NCBI GenBank assembly: GCA_031551405.1
Contig: JAVBNQ010000009.1
Location: forward strand, 1 to 51,566
DNA: 51,566 bases
Direction of reading: 5' to 3'
Origin: a bacterium
GTDB lineage: Bacteria > RUG730
Shown: positions 37,668-48,380 of the stretch, one piece after another
How the letters are laid out: each line of letters opens with the position of its first letter
Numbering within the stretch: the stretch's first letter is position 1
Program-made: the position numbers and the translations under genes
The notes under the pieces: model-generated
Told to the model about the DNA's origin: nothing
Database searches by the model: none
Seen by the model: the letters and a program-made list of their open reading frames with translations, nothing else

Positions 37668-38309
37668 ATGAATATGATAAAACTAAGGCAAACTTACAAA
37701 AAAATTCAGAAAGAGATTGAAACTCGTATTGAAGAATTTAAAAATTTGTGGAAAAATGCAAAAGACGAAGAAGTTTTCGCCGAATTATGTTTTTGTCTAT
37801 GTACTCCTCAGACGAAAGCTGTGAATGCTGACAAAGCCATAAAAAGTTTACTAAAAAAAGACGTGTTATTTTTCGCTGGAGCTGATGAAATCTCAAAACA
37901 TTTGAAAGGACTTGTTAGATTTCACAACAATAAAGCGAATTATATTGTAGAGGCTAGAAACTTTTTTTCTGAAAACGGAAAGCTTTGTTTGAAATGCAAA
38001 ATCGACGAAAAAAATACGAAAAAAACGCGGTTTTATTTTTATGAAAACATAAAAGGTTTGGGACTAAAAGAAGCAAGCCATTTTATGCGAAATCTTGGTT
38101 TTGGAGAAAATTTAGCGATTCTTGATCGCCACATTTTAAAAAATTTGGTTTTACTAGGTGTGCTTGACTCGCTTCCAAAAAATTTGGATAAAAAAGAATA
38201 TTTACGTATCGAGCAACAAATGCAAAATTTTGCGGAAAAAGAACAGATTCCGCTGGAACATTTGGATTTCATTTTTTGGCGAAACGAAACCGGCCAAATT
38301 TTCAAATAA
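37668..38309 (+). CDS. ogg: 8-oxoguanine N-glycosylase/DNA lyase (Ogg2, archaeal/Thermotoga type)
   Basis: FAELCFCLCTPQ, RFHNNKA, KGLGLKEASHFMRN, AILDRH, C-terminal Lys. Confidence 0.9.
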   Translation: MNMIKLRQTYKKIQKEIETRIEEFKNLWKNAKDEEVFAELCFCLCTPQTKAVNADKAIKSLLKKDVLFFAGADEISKHLKGLVRFHNNKANYIVEARNFFSENGKLCLKCKIDEKNTKKTRFYFYENIKGLGLKEASHFMRNLGFGENLAILDRHILKNLVLLGVLDSLPKNLDKKEYLRIEQQMQNFAEKEQIPLEHLDFIFWRNETGQIFK

Positions 38310-38318
38310 CGAGGAACA

Positions 38319-39767
38319 ATGAGCAAATATGAAGTTGTAATTGGACTTGAGGTTCACGTCCAATTGAATACAAAAACAAAGATTTTCTGCGCTTGCAGCA
38401 CAAAATTTGGCGAAGAGCCGAACACGAATGTTTGTCCTGTTTGCACCGGAATGCCCGGAGTTTTGCCGGTTTTGAATAAAAGTGTAGTCGATAATGCGAT
38501 CAAAATTGGTCTTGGGCTTAATTGTAAAATTGCAAAAACTTCCGTTTTCTCGCGCAAACAATATTTTTATCCTGACTTACCGAAAAACTACCAGATCTCG
38601 CAATACGACAAACCTACAACTTACGATGGATTTCTCGAGCTATCTAACGGTAAAAAAATCGGAATCACGCGAGCACATATCGAGGAAGATGCCGGGAAAC
38701 TCATTCACGCGAATGGAGACGCAAGTTTAGTCGATTACAATAGAACAGGAATTCCTCTCGTCGAAATCGTGTCTGAGCCGGATATTAAAACTCCCGAGGA
38801 AGCTTACGAATATCTTGTGAACCTAAAAAAAATGTTGAAATATCTGGACGTATCCGATTGCAATATGGAAGAAGGCTCTCTTCGCTGCGACGCAAATATA
38901 TCTATAATGCCTGCTGGAAGCAAAGTTTTTGGCACAAAAGCAGAAGTTAAAAACTTGAACTCGTTCAAAGCCGTACAAAAATCTCTGGATTATGAGATAA
39001 AACGGCAAACGGATTTGGTCGAATCAGGCGAAAGAGTCGTGCAAGAAACCAGACTTTGGGATGAGAAAAAGGAGATCACGGTTTCTATGCGCTCAAAAGA
39101 AGAAGCTCACGATTACAGATATTTTCCTGAGCCGGATTTGAAACCACTCTTTATATCGGATGAATGGGTGCAAAATATACGTGAAAATATGCCGCTTTTG
39201 CCAGACGAACGGAAACAAATTTTGATGAACGAATTTGGACTCTCGGATTACGATGCGGATGTTTTGACTTTTGAAAGGGAACTTGTCGATTACTTTGAAA
39301 AAGCCGTAAAATTTGCAGAAAATCTCGGCAAATTTGACAAAAAGATTCTTGCAAAACAGATTACAAACTGGGTGATGGTTGAACTTTTAGGCAGGCTTAA
39401 CAAAGAAAACAAAGACATTTCAGAAAGCCCGATTTCAGCAGAAAATTTAGCGAAACTTGTGACTCTGATTTTGAACGAGACGATTTCTGGAAAAATCGCA
39501 AAAACTGTTTTCGACGAAATGTTCGTTTCAGATAAAACTCCGGATGACATTATCAAAGAAAAAAACTTGATACAAATAACTGATACGTCGGAAATAGAAA
39601 AGATAATATCAGAAGTTTTAACGGAAAATCCAAATTCGATCACTGAATACAAAGAAGGCAAAACAAAAATCGTAGGATTTCTCGTCGGACAAGTGATGCA
39701 AAAAAGCAAAGGGAAAGCGAATCCTGCAATCGTAAACAAGCTTTTGAAGGAAAAATTAGATGCATAA
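38319..39767 (+). CDS. gatB: Asp/Glu-tRNA amidotransferase subunit B
   Basis: IGLEVHVQL, RKQYFYPDLPKNYQISQ, HIEEDAGK, MEEGSLRCDANIS, DYRYFPEPDL, GKANP. Confidence 0.98.
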   Translation: MSKYEVVIGLEVHVQLNTKTKIFCACSTKFGEEPNTNVCPVCTGMPGVLPVLNKSVVDNAIKIGLGLNCKIAKTSVFSRKQYFYPDLPKNYQISQYDKPTTYDGFLELSNGKKIGITRAHIEEDAGKLIHANGDASLVDYNRTGIPLVEIVSEPDIKTPEEAYEYLVNLKKMLKYLDVSDCNMEEGSLRCDANISIMPAGSKVFGTKAEVKNLNSFKAVQKSLDYEIKRQTDLVESGERVVQETRLWDEKKEITVSMRSKEEAHDYRYFPEPDLKPLFISDEWVQNIRENMPLLPDERKQILMNEFGLSDYDADVLTFERELVDYFEKAVKFAENLGKFDKKILAKQITNWVMVELLGRLNKENKDISESPISAENLAKLVTLILNETISGKIAKTVFDEMFVSDKTPDDIIKEKNLIQITDTSEIEKIISEVLTENPNSITEYKEGKTKIVGFLVGQVMQKSKGKANPAIVNKLLKEKLDA

Positions 39768-40263
39768 CGTGGCAATTTATCCGGGAAGTTTTGATCCTGC
39801 GACTTTTGGACATTTGAATATTATTGATAGAGCGTCGACTATTTTCGAGAACATTATCGTTTCCGTCGTAAATAACCAAAACAAAAATACGCTTTTTAAC
39901 CTCGAAGAACGCGTCTTGATGCTGCGGGAAATTTACTCGAACAACAAAAATATTAGAGTCGAAAGTTTCGACGGATTGTTAGTGGATTTCGTCAAGAAAA
40001 ATAACAGTAAAATTATAGTTCGCGGATTGCGAGCAGTTTCAGATTTTGAGTATGAACTTCAACTCGCTTTAACGAACAGAAAAATTAGCGATAACATTGA
40101 AACAGTTTTTTTAATGCCTAATGAGGAATACACCTATCTCAGTTCGTCTCTCGTCAAAGAAGTTGCGAAGCTTGGAGGAGATATTTCAAGTTTTGTGCAT
40201 CCGACTATTGAAAAAAAGCTTAAAGATTATTTCTCTAATGTTAGGCAAAATCGTAAAATTTAA
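39760..40263 (+). CDS. coaD: Phosphopantetheine adenylyltransferase
   Basis: IYPGSFDPATFGH, RGLRAVSDFEYE, SSSLVKEVA. Confidence 0.97.
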   Translation: MHNVAIYPGSFDPATFGHLNIIDRASTIFENIIVSVVNNQNKNTLFNLEERVLMLREIYSNNKNIRVESFDGLLVDFVKKNNSKIIVRGLRAVSDFEYELQLALTNRKISDNIETVFLMPNEEYTYLSSSLVKEVAKLGGDISSFVHPTIEKKLKDYFSNVRQNRKI

Positions 40264-40376
40264 TTTAATTCACAAGATAAAATACAAAAAGTACTTGCAG
40301 AACGAGCAATATTTTGTTCCTGTCATTACACACTTGCTTGTAAGAGAAAGTTGAATTTTGAGATAGGATTCAGAAT

Positions 40377-41360
40377 ATGCTATTAAAAAAAATTATCTTT
40401 TTAATTTTATTTTTACTTGGAGTAGCGGAATCAGGATATCTAACTGTCTTGCCAAAAGCTTTGAAAGAAGGAGATACTATCGGACTAATAACTCCAGCAA
40501 AATATGCAGATGAAACTACACTAAATATGATTGATTACCTCGAAGCTATGGGTTTTAAAGTGGTGTTGGCTGAATCTTTTAGTAAAAAATGGTATCTTTT
40601 TGGTGGAAAAGACGAGGAAAGAGCAGCCGATATAAATAAAATGTTTGAAGATAAAAATATAAACGCAATATTTTGCGTGAGAGGCGGCTATGGAAGTCTA
40701 AGATTATTAGATTTAATAGATTTTGAAATAATTAAAAAAAATCCAAAAATTTTTATTGGTTATAGCGACATAACAACTTTGCTTTTGGCTATTAATCAAA
40801 AAGCTGAATTAGTAACTTATCATGCACCAATGAGCTACAATTTTAAAAGTATTGACGTTATCACAATAAACTCGCTTATCACTACATTAATGAAAAACAA
40901 TAGCACTTATGAATTGTCTGATTATTTGTGGGCAGACTTTAAAACTTTAAGCGAAGGGATCGCGGAAGGAGAAATAGTCGGAGGAAATTTATCTTTGATT
41001 GTTGCAAGTCTCGGAACAGAATATGAGATTAATACAAAAGGGAAAATATTGTTTATCGAGGAAGTTGGGGAACATACTTACAAAGTTGACAGAATGCTAC
41101 AGCAGCTAAAACTTGCGGGCAAATTCAGAGATGCAGTAGGAATAATTTTGGGTGATTTTACAGATATTGAACAAAATCATGCAGATGCGATGTCTTTAGA
41201 CGACGTTTTTCATTATCTTTTTACAGCCCTTCAAAAACCTGTAATTAGTAATTTTAAATCCGGACATGCCGTCCCTTTTGTTACTGTACCAATTGGCGCA
41301 AAAGCCAAACTCAATACATTTGAAAATAAAATTACTATTTTGGATGGTAGTATAAGTTAA
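40377..41360 (+). CDS. S66 family LD-carboxypeptidase with N-terminal signal-like peptide
   Basis: PKALKEGDTIGLITPA, RGGYG, IGYSDIT (Ser), GGNL, LFIEEVGE (Glu), SGH (His). Confidence 0.9.
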   Translation: MLLKKIIFLILFLLGVAESGYLTVLPKALKEGDTIGLITPAKYADETTLNMIDYLEAMGFKVVLAESFSKKWYLFGGKDEERAADINKMFEDKNINAIFCVRGGYGSLRLLDLIDFEIIKKNPKIFIGYSDITTLLLAINQKAELVTYHAPMSYNFKSIDVITINSLITTLMKNNSTYELSDYLWADFKTLSEGIAEGEIVGGNLSLIVASLGTEYEINTKGKILFIEEVGEHTYKVDRMLQQLKLAGKFRDAVGIILGDFTDIEQNHADAMSLDDVFHYLFTALQKPVISNFKSGHAVPFVTVPIGAKAKLNTFENKITILDGSIS

Positions 41361-41388
41361 AAAATTTATCGATAAGGAAAATAAAACA

Positions 41389-42252
41389 ATGAAAATCTTA
41401 CCATTTCCAATTTTGACGCAAGGAAAAGTGAGAGACGTTTATGATCTCGGTGACAAACTTTTGATTGTGACGAGTGACCGGATTTCAGCATTTGATTACG
41501 TTTTACCGACTCTCATTCCGAACAAAGGCAAATTTTTGACTGAAATTAGTGTGTTTTGGTTTGATTATCTGAAAGACGTCTGCAAAACACATTTTATCAC
41601 GGCGAATGTCGATGAATATCCGGCGAAATTTCAAAAATACAAAGACATTTTAGTCGGACGATCTATGCTAGTCAAAAAAGCAAAAAGAATCGATATTGAA
41701 TGTATTGTTCGAGGATACATAGCAGGTTCGGGCTGGAAAGAATATCAAGCTTCGCAAACTGTTTGCGACATAAAATTACCACCAAATTTACAAAATAGCG
41801 ATAAACTCGCTGAACCTATTTTTACTCCGTCTACCAAAGCCGATGTCGGCGATCACGATGTAAATATTTCTGAAGCTGAGGCCGTAAAAAGAGTCGGACA
41901 AAAAACCTTCGATATTTTGAAGGGAAAAAGTATAAATTTATACAAAAAAGCGAGCGAGTTCGCTCTCTCAAAAGGCATAATTATTGCAGACACAAAATTC
42001 GAGTTCGGATTTTTAGATGACGAAATCATTCTGATAGACGAGATTTTAACACCGGATTCTTCCAGATTTTGGGATAAAAAATTGTACTCTCCCGACAAGT
42101 CGCAAGACAGTTTCGATAAACAAATTGTCAGGGATTATTTGGAAAAAACGCTTGGTTGGAACAAATTGCCGCCAGTTCCGGAGCTACCAGGAGAAATAAT
42201 TGAAAAAACAATTGCAAAATATGAAGAAGTTTGTAAACTTCTAAAATCGTAA
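41389..42252 (+). CDS. purC: SAICAR synthase
   Basis: GKVRDVY, SDRISAFD, ECIVRGY, FTPSTKA, IADTKFEFG, DEILTPDSSRFW, SFDKQ. Confidence 0.97.
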   Translation: MKILPFPILTQGKVRDVYDLGDKLLIVTSDRISAFDYVLPTLIPNKGKFLTEISVFWFDYLKDVCKTHFITANVDEYPAKFQKYKDILVGRSMLVKKAKRIDIECIVRGYIAGSGWKEYQASQTVCDIKLPPNLQNSDKLAEPIFTPSTKADVGDHDVNISEAEAVKRVGQKTFDILKGKSINLYKKASEFALSKGIIIADTKFEFGFLDDEIILIDEILTPDSSRFWDKKLYSPDKSQDSFDKQIVRDYLEKTLGWNKLPPVPELPGEIIEKTIAKYEEVCKLLKS

Positions 42253-42308
42253 TTATCCCGAACTTGACTCGCAAATTTCAAAACCTTTCGAAATCAACGA
42301 GGTAAAAT

Positions 42309-44159
42309 ATGGCAAAAGAAAAAAAATTAAAAATAAAAATTACAGACACAACTTTAAGAGACGCTCAGCAATCTCTCTGGACAAAACATCTGAATATCGA
42401 GGAAATTTTGCCGCTTTTATCAGATTTAGATGAATGCGGATTCGATGCTCTCGAGGTTTGGGGCGGAGGAACTTTTGAGGCAGCACTGAAATTTTGGGAT
42501 GAAAATCCTTGGGTTCGCCTAAAAACCATCAAAAAAAACATAAAAAAAACGCCACTTCAAATGATTGTGAGGGGACGAAATCTCGTTGGATATCACACTT
42601 ATTCAAATGAAATTATAGAAGCATTTTTGCAAAAATCTTTTGATTTCGGAATTACTCGAATTAGAATTTTTGATCCTTTAAACGACATTGAGAATATCAA
42701 ATTTCTTATAAAAATTGCGAAAGAATCGAACATTGACACTCAAGGTGTGATTTGTTATACGATGGCTCCGAATTACGACTTAGAATTTTTTGCGACTTAT
42801 GCAAACCAGTTGAAATCTGAAGGCGTAAACGCAATCACGATAAAAGATCCTGCTGGAATTTTGACGCCAAAAATTGGAGTAGAACTCGTAAAAACTTTGC
42901 AGCAAGAGACAAAATTGCCAATAAATCTGCACAGCCACGCGACGAACGGAATCGTGAATTTGACTTATTACGACTTGATTCAAAATAAAATTAATGGAAT
43001 CGATTGTAGTCTAGGGCTCTTGTCTTTTCCGTCAGCTCAGCCTTCGATTGAAAATATTTTGAAAATGTTCGAAGGCGAAGAAGAAAGATTTGATGTAAAT
43101 GTAGACAAAATTTACCAGGCTTCAAAAAAGCTATCGGAGCTTTATTACCAAAAAGAGGCATTAAAACCATTTTTCCCGATTAATCCTCAAGATATTTTTT
43201 TAACAGAGCTGACTCGTGGATCGTTCACATTTTTGTACGAACAACTCAAAAAACGAAATGTTTTGAACAAATTTCCAAAAGTTTTAGATGAAATAATTGA
43301 AGTGCGAAAAGATCTCGGATTTCCACCGATGATCGTTCCAATAAGTCAAATTATAGTCGCCCAAGCAGTTTACAACGTCCTAATGGAAAAACGTTACAAA
43401 CTAATTCCGACGGAAATAAAAGAATTGCTCAAAGGCGGCTACGGAAAAATTCGTAATCCTATTAACGAAGATCTCACCAACTTGATAAAAAAAGATTCGA
43501 ATGTTCTGGATACTCACCAAAACCTGAATATTAGTTTAAGAAAAATTAAGGAATCTTTGCCAGACGAGCTGATAGATGATGAGACAGATTTTATTACTTA
43601 TGCGTTATTTCCGGAGCTTTCTCTCGAGTATTTCAAATATAGAAAAAATCCAAACGTGAAAAAAGAAGAATTTGTCAAACCCGTGACTGCCGAGGAAGAA
43701 GTTTTGGTTTTGAATAAACTGATGCAAGAAAAAAATATCGTAGAATTTGAACTCAACGAGGACAGTCACTACATTTCTATAAAAAAATTTTCCGATGAAA
43801 CGGATATGAGTCATACTTATATGCCGACGCAATATCATTCGGCAGCGCCTTCACAAAACGCAAATACCTCATCAGCGATGCAAGATGCACAAAAAACTGC
43901 TACATCATCTTCCGAAGATCACGAGTCAATCAAATCTCCAATCGTCGGAATTTTTTATTCAAAACCAAACCCAAATGCTTTGCCTTTTGTCAAAAAAGGA
44001 GACACAGTTGACGAGGGAATGACTCTTTGTATTATCGAGGCTATGAAAGTATTGAACGAGATAAAAGCGCCATTTAAATGTAAAATTGTAGATATTCTTT
44101 TGAAGGATAAAGATAGCGTCGAGAGCAATCAAAATTTGTTTTATATTGAGAAAGTTTGA
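42309..44159 (+). CDS. Pyruvate carboxylase B / OadA-like carboxyltransferase fused to an AccB-type biotin carboxyl carrier
   Basis: DTTLRDAQQSL, EVWGGGTF, RGRNLVGY, IKDPAG, HSH; C-terminal IKSPIVGIFY...PFVKKGD...CIIEAMKVLNEI biotinyl domain. Confidence 0.85.
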   Translation: MAKEKKLKIKITDTTLRDAQQSLWTKHLNIEEILPLLSDLDECGFDALEVWGGGTFEAALKFWDENPWVRLKTIKKNIKKTPLQMIVRGRNLVGYHTYSNEIIEAFLQKSFDFGITRIRIFDPLNDIENIKFLIKIAKESNIDTQGVICYTMAPNYDLEFFATYANQLKSEGVNAITIKDPAGILTPKIGVELVKTLQQETKLPINLHSHATNGIVNLTYYDLIQNKINGIDCSLGLLSFPSAQPSIENILKMFEGEEERFDVNVDKIYQASKKLSELYYQKEALKPFFPINPQDIFLTELTRGSFTFLYEQLKKRNVLNKFPKVLDEIIEVRKDLGFPPMIVPISQIIVAQAVYNVLMEKRYKLIPTEIKELLKGGYGKIRNPINEDLTNLIKKDSNVLDTHQNLNISLRKIKESLPDELIDDETDFITYALFPELSLEYFKYRKNPNVKKEEFVKPVTAEEEVLVLNKLMQEKNIVEFELNEDSHYISIKKFSDETDMSHTYMPTQYHSAAPSQNANTSSAMQDAQKTATSSSEDHESIKSPIVGIFYSKPNPNALPFVKKGDTVDEGMTLCIIEAMKVLNEIKAPFKCKIVDILLKDKDSVESNQNLFYIEKV

Positions 44160-44177
44160 CGGAGATTAGGAGGATTA

Positions 44178-45863
44178 ATGAGCGATTTGAAAGAATTTTA
44201 TATTGAGGGCGAAGAATTATCGATGGCTGAGCTCTTAAAATCAGCTGCTGCGCCATTACCGGTTGATTCTGAAAACGCAGTTGTTTCTGTGAAAGTAATC
44301 GCAGTTGGGAAAGATGACGTGACCGTCGACACAGGCTCAAAAATGGAGCTTTATATTCCAATCGAAGAATTTGTCGATTCTGCCGGAAATTTGAATATTA
44401 AAGTTGGGGATTTCGTAGATGTTTTTGTGCTGAGCAGAAACAGCTCCGGCATAGCAAAAGCTTCTTACAAAAAAGCGAAGGAAATACTCGTGATGAAAGA
44501 GCTTCAGTACAAATTTCAAAACGAAATTCCTATCAAAGCAAAAGTTTTGTCTGCCAAAAAAGGCGGTTTTATCGTAGACATCGACGTAGAAGCTTTTATG
44601 CCTGCGTCGCAAAGCCCGTTTGGAATTTCCGCTGAAAATATGATCGGTAAAATTTTTGACGTTTTCATTCTTGACATCGATAACAACGTTATAGTTTCTG
44701 CAAAAAAATTTATTGATAGGATCAAACTCAAAAAAACTGACGAACTCAAAAAAACTTTAAAACTTGGTTCTAAAGTGAAAGGCATTGTTAAAAGTATAAA
44801 AGATTATGGTGCATTTGTTGATTTGGGAGGAATAGACGCGCTTTTGCACGTTTCGGAAATTAGTTGGACGAAAGGAGTTAATCCGTCAGAGGTTTTATCT
44901 GTTGGCCAAGAAATAGAGGTACAAATACTCGAAATTGATTTTGAAAAAAACAAAATTAGCGTTAGTATAAAACAATTGATTCCAAATCCTTGGAATAGCA
45001 TTAATTTTAACATAAACGAAATTTTGGAGGGGAAAGTTTCAAAAATTCTGGAAAGTGGCGCGATTATCTCTCTTCAAGATGGAATTGATGGATACTTGCA
45101 TATTTCAGAATTATCGTGGGTTGAAAAAGTTCACAAGGTTTCCGATGTATTAAAAGTCGGTGATTCGTTGCGAGTCAAAGTTCTTTTTTTCGACAAAGCA
45201 AATAAAAAATTGTCTCTCGGATTAAAACAAATCGAGGAAAGTCCGTGGCAAAAATTCAAAGCAAATTATCAAAAAAACGACAAAGTTTTATGCAAAGTAA
45301 CCTCAATTTCAAGCCTCGGACTCTTTGTTGAAATTGAAAAAGGAGTGAGCGGACTTATTCATTCGAGCGATATTTCTTGGCTTCACGGGGAGACTTTTGA
45401 TCAGAAAAATTTCGAAATCGGCCAGGAATTAAACGCTGTGATTTTAAATATTGACAATAAAATGCAGCGACTTTCTCTCGGGCTCAAACAAAAAGAAATT
45501 GATCCAATTCTGAAATATAAATACAAAAATAATTACACTTGCAAAATTTCTGAAGTCAAACAAGATGAAGTTATTGTAAAATTTGACGACGGAATTACGG
45601 GGATAATTCCAAGGATCAATACTTTTGAGAATAAAACGGCGCTTTTGTCTGACAAATTCAAAATTGGCGACGAGATTTCGGCAAAACTTGTTAGAATCGA
45701 TCAAAGAAAGCGAGAGCTTATTTTTTCGTTAAAAGAATTTGAAAAAGAACAAGAAAAAAAAGAAATCCAAGAATTTATGAATGCTAACAAAGATTCAAAT
45801 CCGACGCTAGGGGAAATGTTGTCCGAAAGTTTAAAAAATAAATTGAATGAAATAAAAAAATAA
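44178..45863 (+). CDS. rpsA: 30S ribosomal protein S1
   Basis: Six S1-type repeats (KGGFIVD, AFMPASQ, YGAFVDLGGIDALLHVSEISW, GYLHISELSW, GLIHSSDISW); AGGAGG SD. Confidence 0.93.
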   Translation: MSDLKEFYIEGEELSMAELLKSAAAPLPVDSENAVVSVKVIAVGKDDVTVDTGSKMELYIPIEEFVDSAGNLNIKVGDFVDVFVLSRNSSGIAKASYKKAKEILVMKELQYKFQNEIPIKAKVLSAKKGGFIVDIDVEAFMPASQSPFGISAENMIGKIFDVFILDIDNNVIVSAKKFIDRIKLKKTDELKKTLKLGSKVKGIVKSIKDYGAFVDLGGIDALLHVSEISWTKGVNPSEVLSVGQEIEVQILEIDFEKNKISVSIKQLIPNPWNSINFNINEILEGKVSKILESGAIISLQDGIDGYLHISELSWVEKVHKVSDVLKVGDSLRVKVLFFDKANKKLSLGLKQIEESPWQKFKANYQKNDKVLCKVTSISSLGLFVEIEKGVSGLIHSSDISWLHGETFDQKNFEIGQELNAVILNIDNKMQRLSLGLKQKEIDPILKYKYKNNYTCKISEVKQDEVIVKFDDGITGIIPRINTFENKTALLSDKFKIGDEISAKLVRIDQRKRELIFSLKEFEKEQEKKEIQEFMNANKDSNPTLGEMLSESLKNKLNEIKK

Positions 45864-45912
45864 AAATGTCATCGCAATAATCAAAAAATAAACTAAAGTT
45901 TAGGAGGAGAAA

Positions 45913-48189
45913 ATGGCTAAAAAGACTGAAACGGCAGTAAAAAATACAAAAATCGTTAAAAAAGAAAAGGGCTCTGAGAAAAAAGAAGACAAAAGTTTAG
46001 AATTGGCCACAACTCCTAAAAAAACTAAGTCAACGAAAAAGGTTACAGATTCAACGGCAAAAATTAAAAAAGAAGAAAAAGTAGTAAAAACCAAAAAAGA
46101 AAAATCAGCGCAAAAAAAAACTAAGCCTGAGGAAAAAGAAAAACCTGCAAAAAAAACTTCTAAAGTTGTAGCATCAGTCAAAAAAGAAGAAACTAAACCA
46201 GTAAAAAAAGAGAAAACAGAAGTTCCTTCTGGTGAAACCGCAACGCCTGTTAAAAAAGAACAAAAAATCGAGTCAAAACCTGAAAAAGTTATAAAAAAAA
46301 CCACAAAAGTACCTATTCAAAAACAAACCGGCTCTATACAAAACAGAAAAAAATACAAAAAAGAAAAAAGAATAAGCGCTAAAACCCAAGCAGAACAAGA
46401 AACAGCAGAAAAATTGGCGAAAAAAAACGTAATCAAAATTGGTGACGCGCTTACTGTGAATATTTTAGCGCAAGAGCTAAAAATAAATGGCGTTGAAATC
46501 ATAAAAAAATTAATGGGATTGGGCGTTTTGGCGACTTTAAACCAAAAGCTTGACTTTGAAACCGCGTCAATAATAGCAGACGAATACGGCTACGAATTGC
46601 AGCTTACGACGCTTGAAGATATAAAAAAATTGGGAGCTGAAACTTCTCACGAAAATTTAGAAGATCTAGAGCCGCGACCACCTGTAATCACGATAATGGG
46701 GCATGTTGACCACGGAAAAACATCCCTCTTAGACTCTATAAGAAAAAGTGACATCGTAAGCGGCGAAGCCGGAGGAATCACTCAGCACATCGGTGCATAT
46801 CAAATCTCAACGAAATTTGGAAATTTGACGTTTTTGGATACGCCTGGACACGCAGCTTTTACAGCAATGAGAGCTCGAGGTGTTCAAGCGACTGACATCG
46901 TAATCATTGTAGTAGCCGCGAATGACGGAATAATGCCGCAAACTATCGAGGCCATAAACCACGCAAAAGCTGCGCAGGTTCCGATAATTGTCGCGATTAA
47001 CAAAACGGATTTGCCGGACGCGAACCCGGACAAAGTTTTGAAACAGCTTGCAAGTTACGGACTGACAAGTGAAGACTGGGGTGGAGAAACGATCGTCGTA
47101 AAAATTTCTGCAAAAACCGGTGCAGGTATCGAAAATCTTCTCGAGATGATTTCCATTCAAGCAGAAATGATGGAGTTAAAAGCTACTCAAAAAGGCAAAG
47201 CGAAAGGCGTGATAATAGAAGCAGAACTTGACAAAAAACGAGGAGCTGTAGCCACTGTTTTGATCCAAAACGGTGTTTTGAAAAAAGGCGACGCTTTTAT
47301 ATCGGGAATTTCATATGGCCGAATCCGTGAAATAATTGACGACAGAGGCCGAAAACAAACGCAAGTTTTACCGGCAACTCCAGTCGAAATCTTGGGACTA
47401 AACGGAGTACCTGATGCCGGAGACGTTTTTGCAGTCGTAGAGAGCGAAAAAGAAGCAAAGCGTATCGTCGAAAAACGACAAGAATTGATTCGAGAAGAAA
47501 GATTGTCCAGGAAAAAATTGATCACACTCGAAGATTTAAATCTCAAAATGAAGAACGAAGAATTTAAAGAATTAAACATAATCATAAAAGCTGACGTAAA
47601 AGGCTCGGTTGAGGCTTTGCGTGATTCACTTGAAAGAATGAGTAATAATTTAATTAAACTCGTCGTGATACACAGCGGCGTTGGAATGATCAATGAGTCT
47701 GATTTGATGCTCGCGACTGCTTCGAATGCGATTTTAGTTTCGTTTAATCTCGACATTCCGACGAATATTAAAATTATGGCTGAGCAAAAAGGTGTGGAAT
47801 TACGAAGTTATAAAATTATATACGAAGCTATCGACGAAATAAAAGCTGCAATGGAAGGACTTCTTGAACCTGAAATCGAGCAGGAACTCGTCGGTAAAGT
47901 GGAGATCAGACAAATCATAAATATCCCAAAAATCGGCTTGATTGCAGGATGCATGGTTGTCGATGGGAAAATAGAGAAAAGCGGAATTGTAAAAGTCGTG
48001 CGAAATAATAGCGTAATTTTCGAAGGAAAAATTGAACAATTGAAGCGTTTTAAAGACAATGTGAAAGAAGTCGATAAAGGCTATGAATGCGGAGTTTCAC
48101 TCGTGAATTTTACGGATTACCAGGAAAAAGATATGCTTGAAGTTTATAAAGAAAATAAAATCTTAAAAAAATTGGCAGCATCAGTCTAG
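45913..48189 (+). CDS. infB: Translation initiation factor IF-2
   Basis: Lys-rich N-terminus; [50 protein letters not shown]. Confidence 0.98.
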   Translation: MAKKTETAVKNTKIVKKEKGSEKKEDKSLELATTPKKTKSTKKVTDSTAKIKKEEKVVKTKKEKSAQKKTKPEEKEKPAKKTSKVVASVKKEETKPVKKEKTEVPSGETATPVKKEQKIESKPEKVIKKTTKVPIQKQTGSIQNRKKYKKEKRISAKTQAEQETAEKLAKKNVIKIGDALTVNILAQELKINGVEIIKKLMGLGVLATLNQKLDFETASIIADEYGYELQLTTLEDIKKLGAETSHENLEDLEPRPPVITIMGHVDHGKTSLLDSIRKSDIVSGEAGGITQHIGAYQISTKFGNLTFLDTPGHAAFTAMRARGVQATDIVIIVVAANDGIMPQTIEAINHAKAAQVPIIVAINKTDLPDANPDKVLKQLASYGLTSEDWGGETIVVKISAKTGAGIENLLEMISIQAEMMELKATQKGKAKGVIIEAELDKKRGAVATVLIQNGVLKKGDAFISGISYGRIREIIDDRGRKQTQVLPATPVEILGLNGVPDAGDVFAVVESEKEAKRIVEKRQELIREERLSRKKLITLEDLNLKMKNEEFKELNIIIKADVKGSVEALRDSLERMSNNLIKLVVIHSGVGMINESDLMLATASNAILVSFNLDIPTNIKIMAEQKGVELRSYKIIYEAIDEIKAAMEGLLEPEIEQELVGKVEIRQIINIPKIGLIAGCMVVDGKIEKSGIVKVVRNNSVIFEGKIEQLKRFKDNVKEVDKGYECGVSLVNFTDYQEKDMLEVYKENKILKKLAASV

Positions 48190-48380
48190 AAACTTTTCTC
48201 TATCAAAAAGACGCTTTCTTAAACTAAATTCATAATACTGTGTTTATTTTTAACATTTACCCTTTTGTTAATAACCGAACAATCTTTTCAAATAACAACA
48301 AGTTGAAACTTCAACTCTCTGAGTGAATATTCAAAAAATTCTACTTCAGATCTACGATAATTTTGCAAAAAGAGGATCAG

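Noticed and set aside
45913-46400. Lys/Glu-rich quasi-repeats and antisense ORF 45900-46304
   Set aside because: Ordinary low-complexity IF-2 N-terminus; the antisense ORF is a shadow
48190-48380. Possible T-box leader upstream of valS
   Set aside because: No T-box consensus (GGTGGNACC) or terminator/antiterminator; only a short agttgaaacttcaact hairpin
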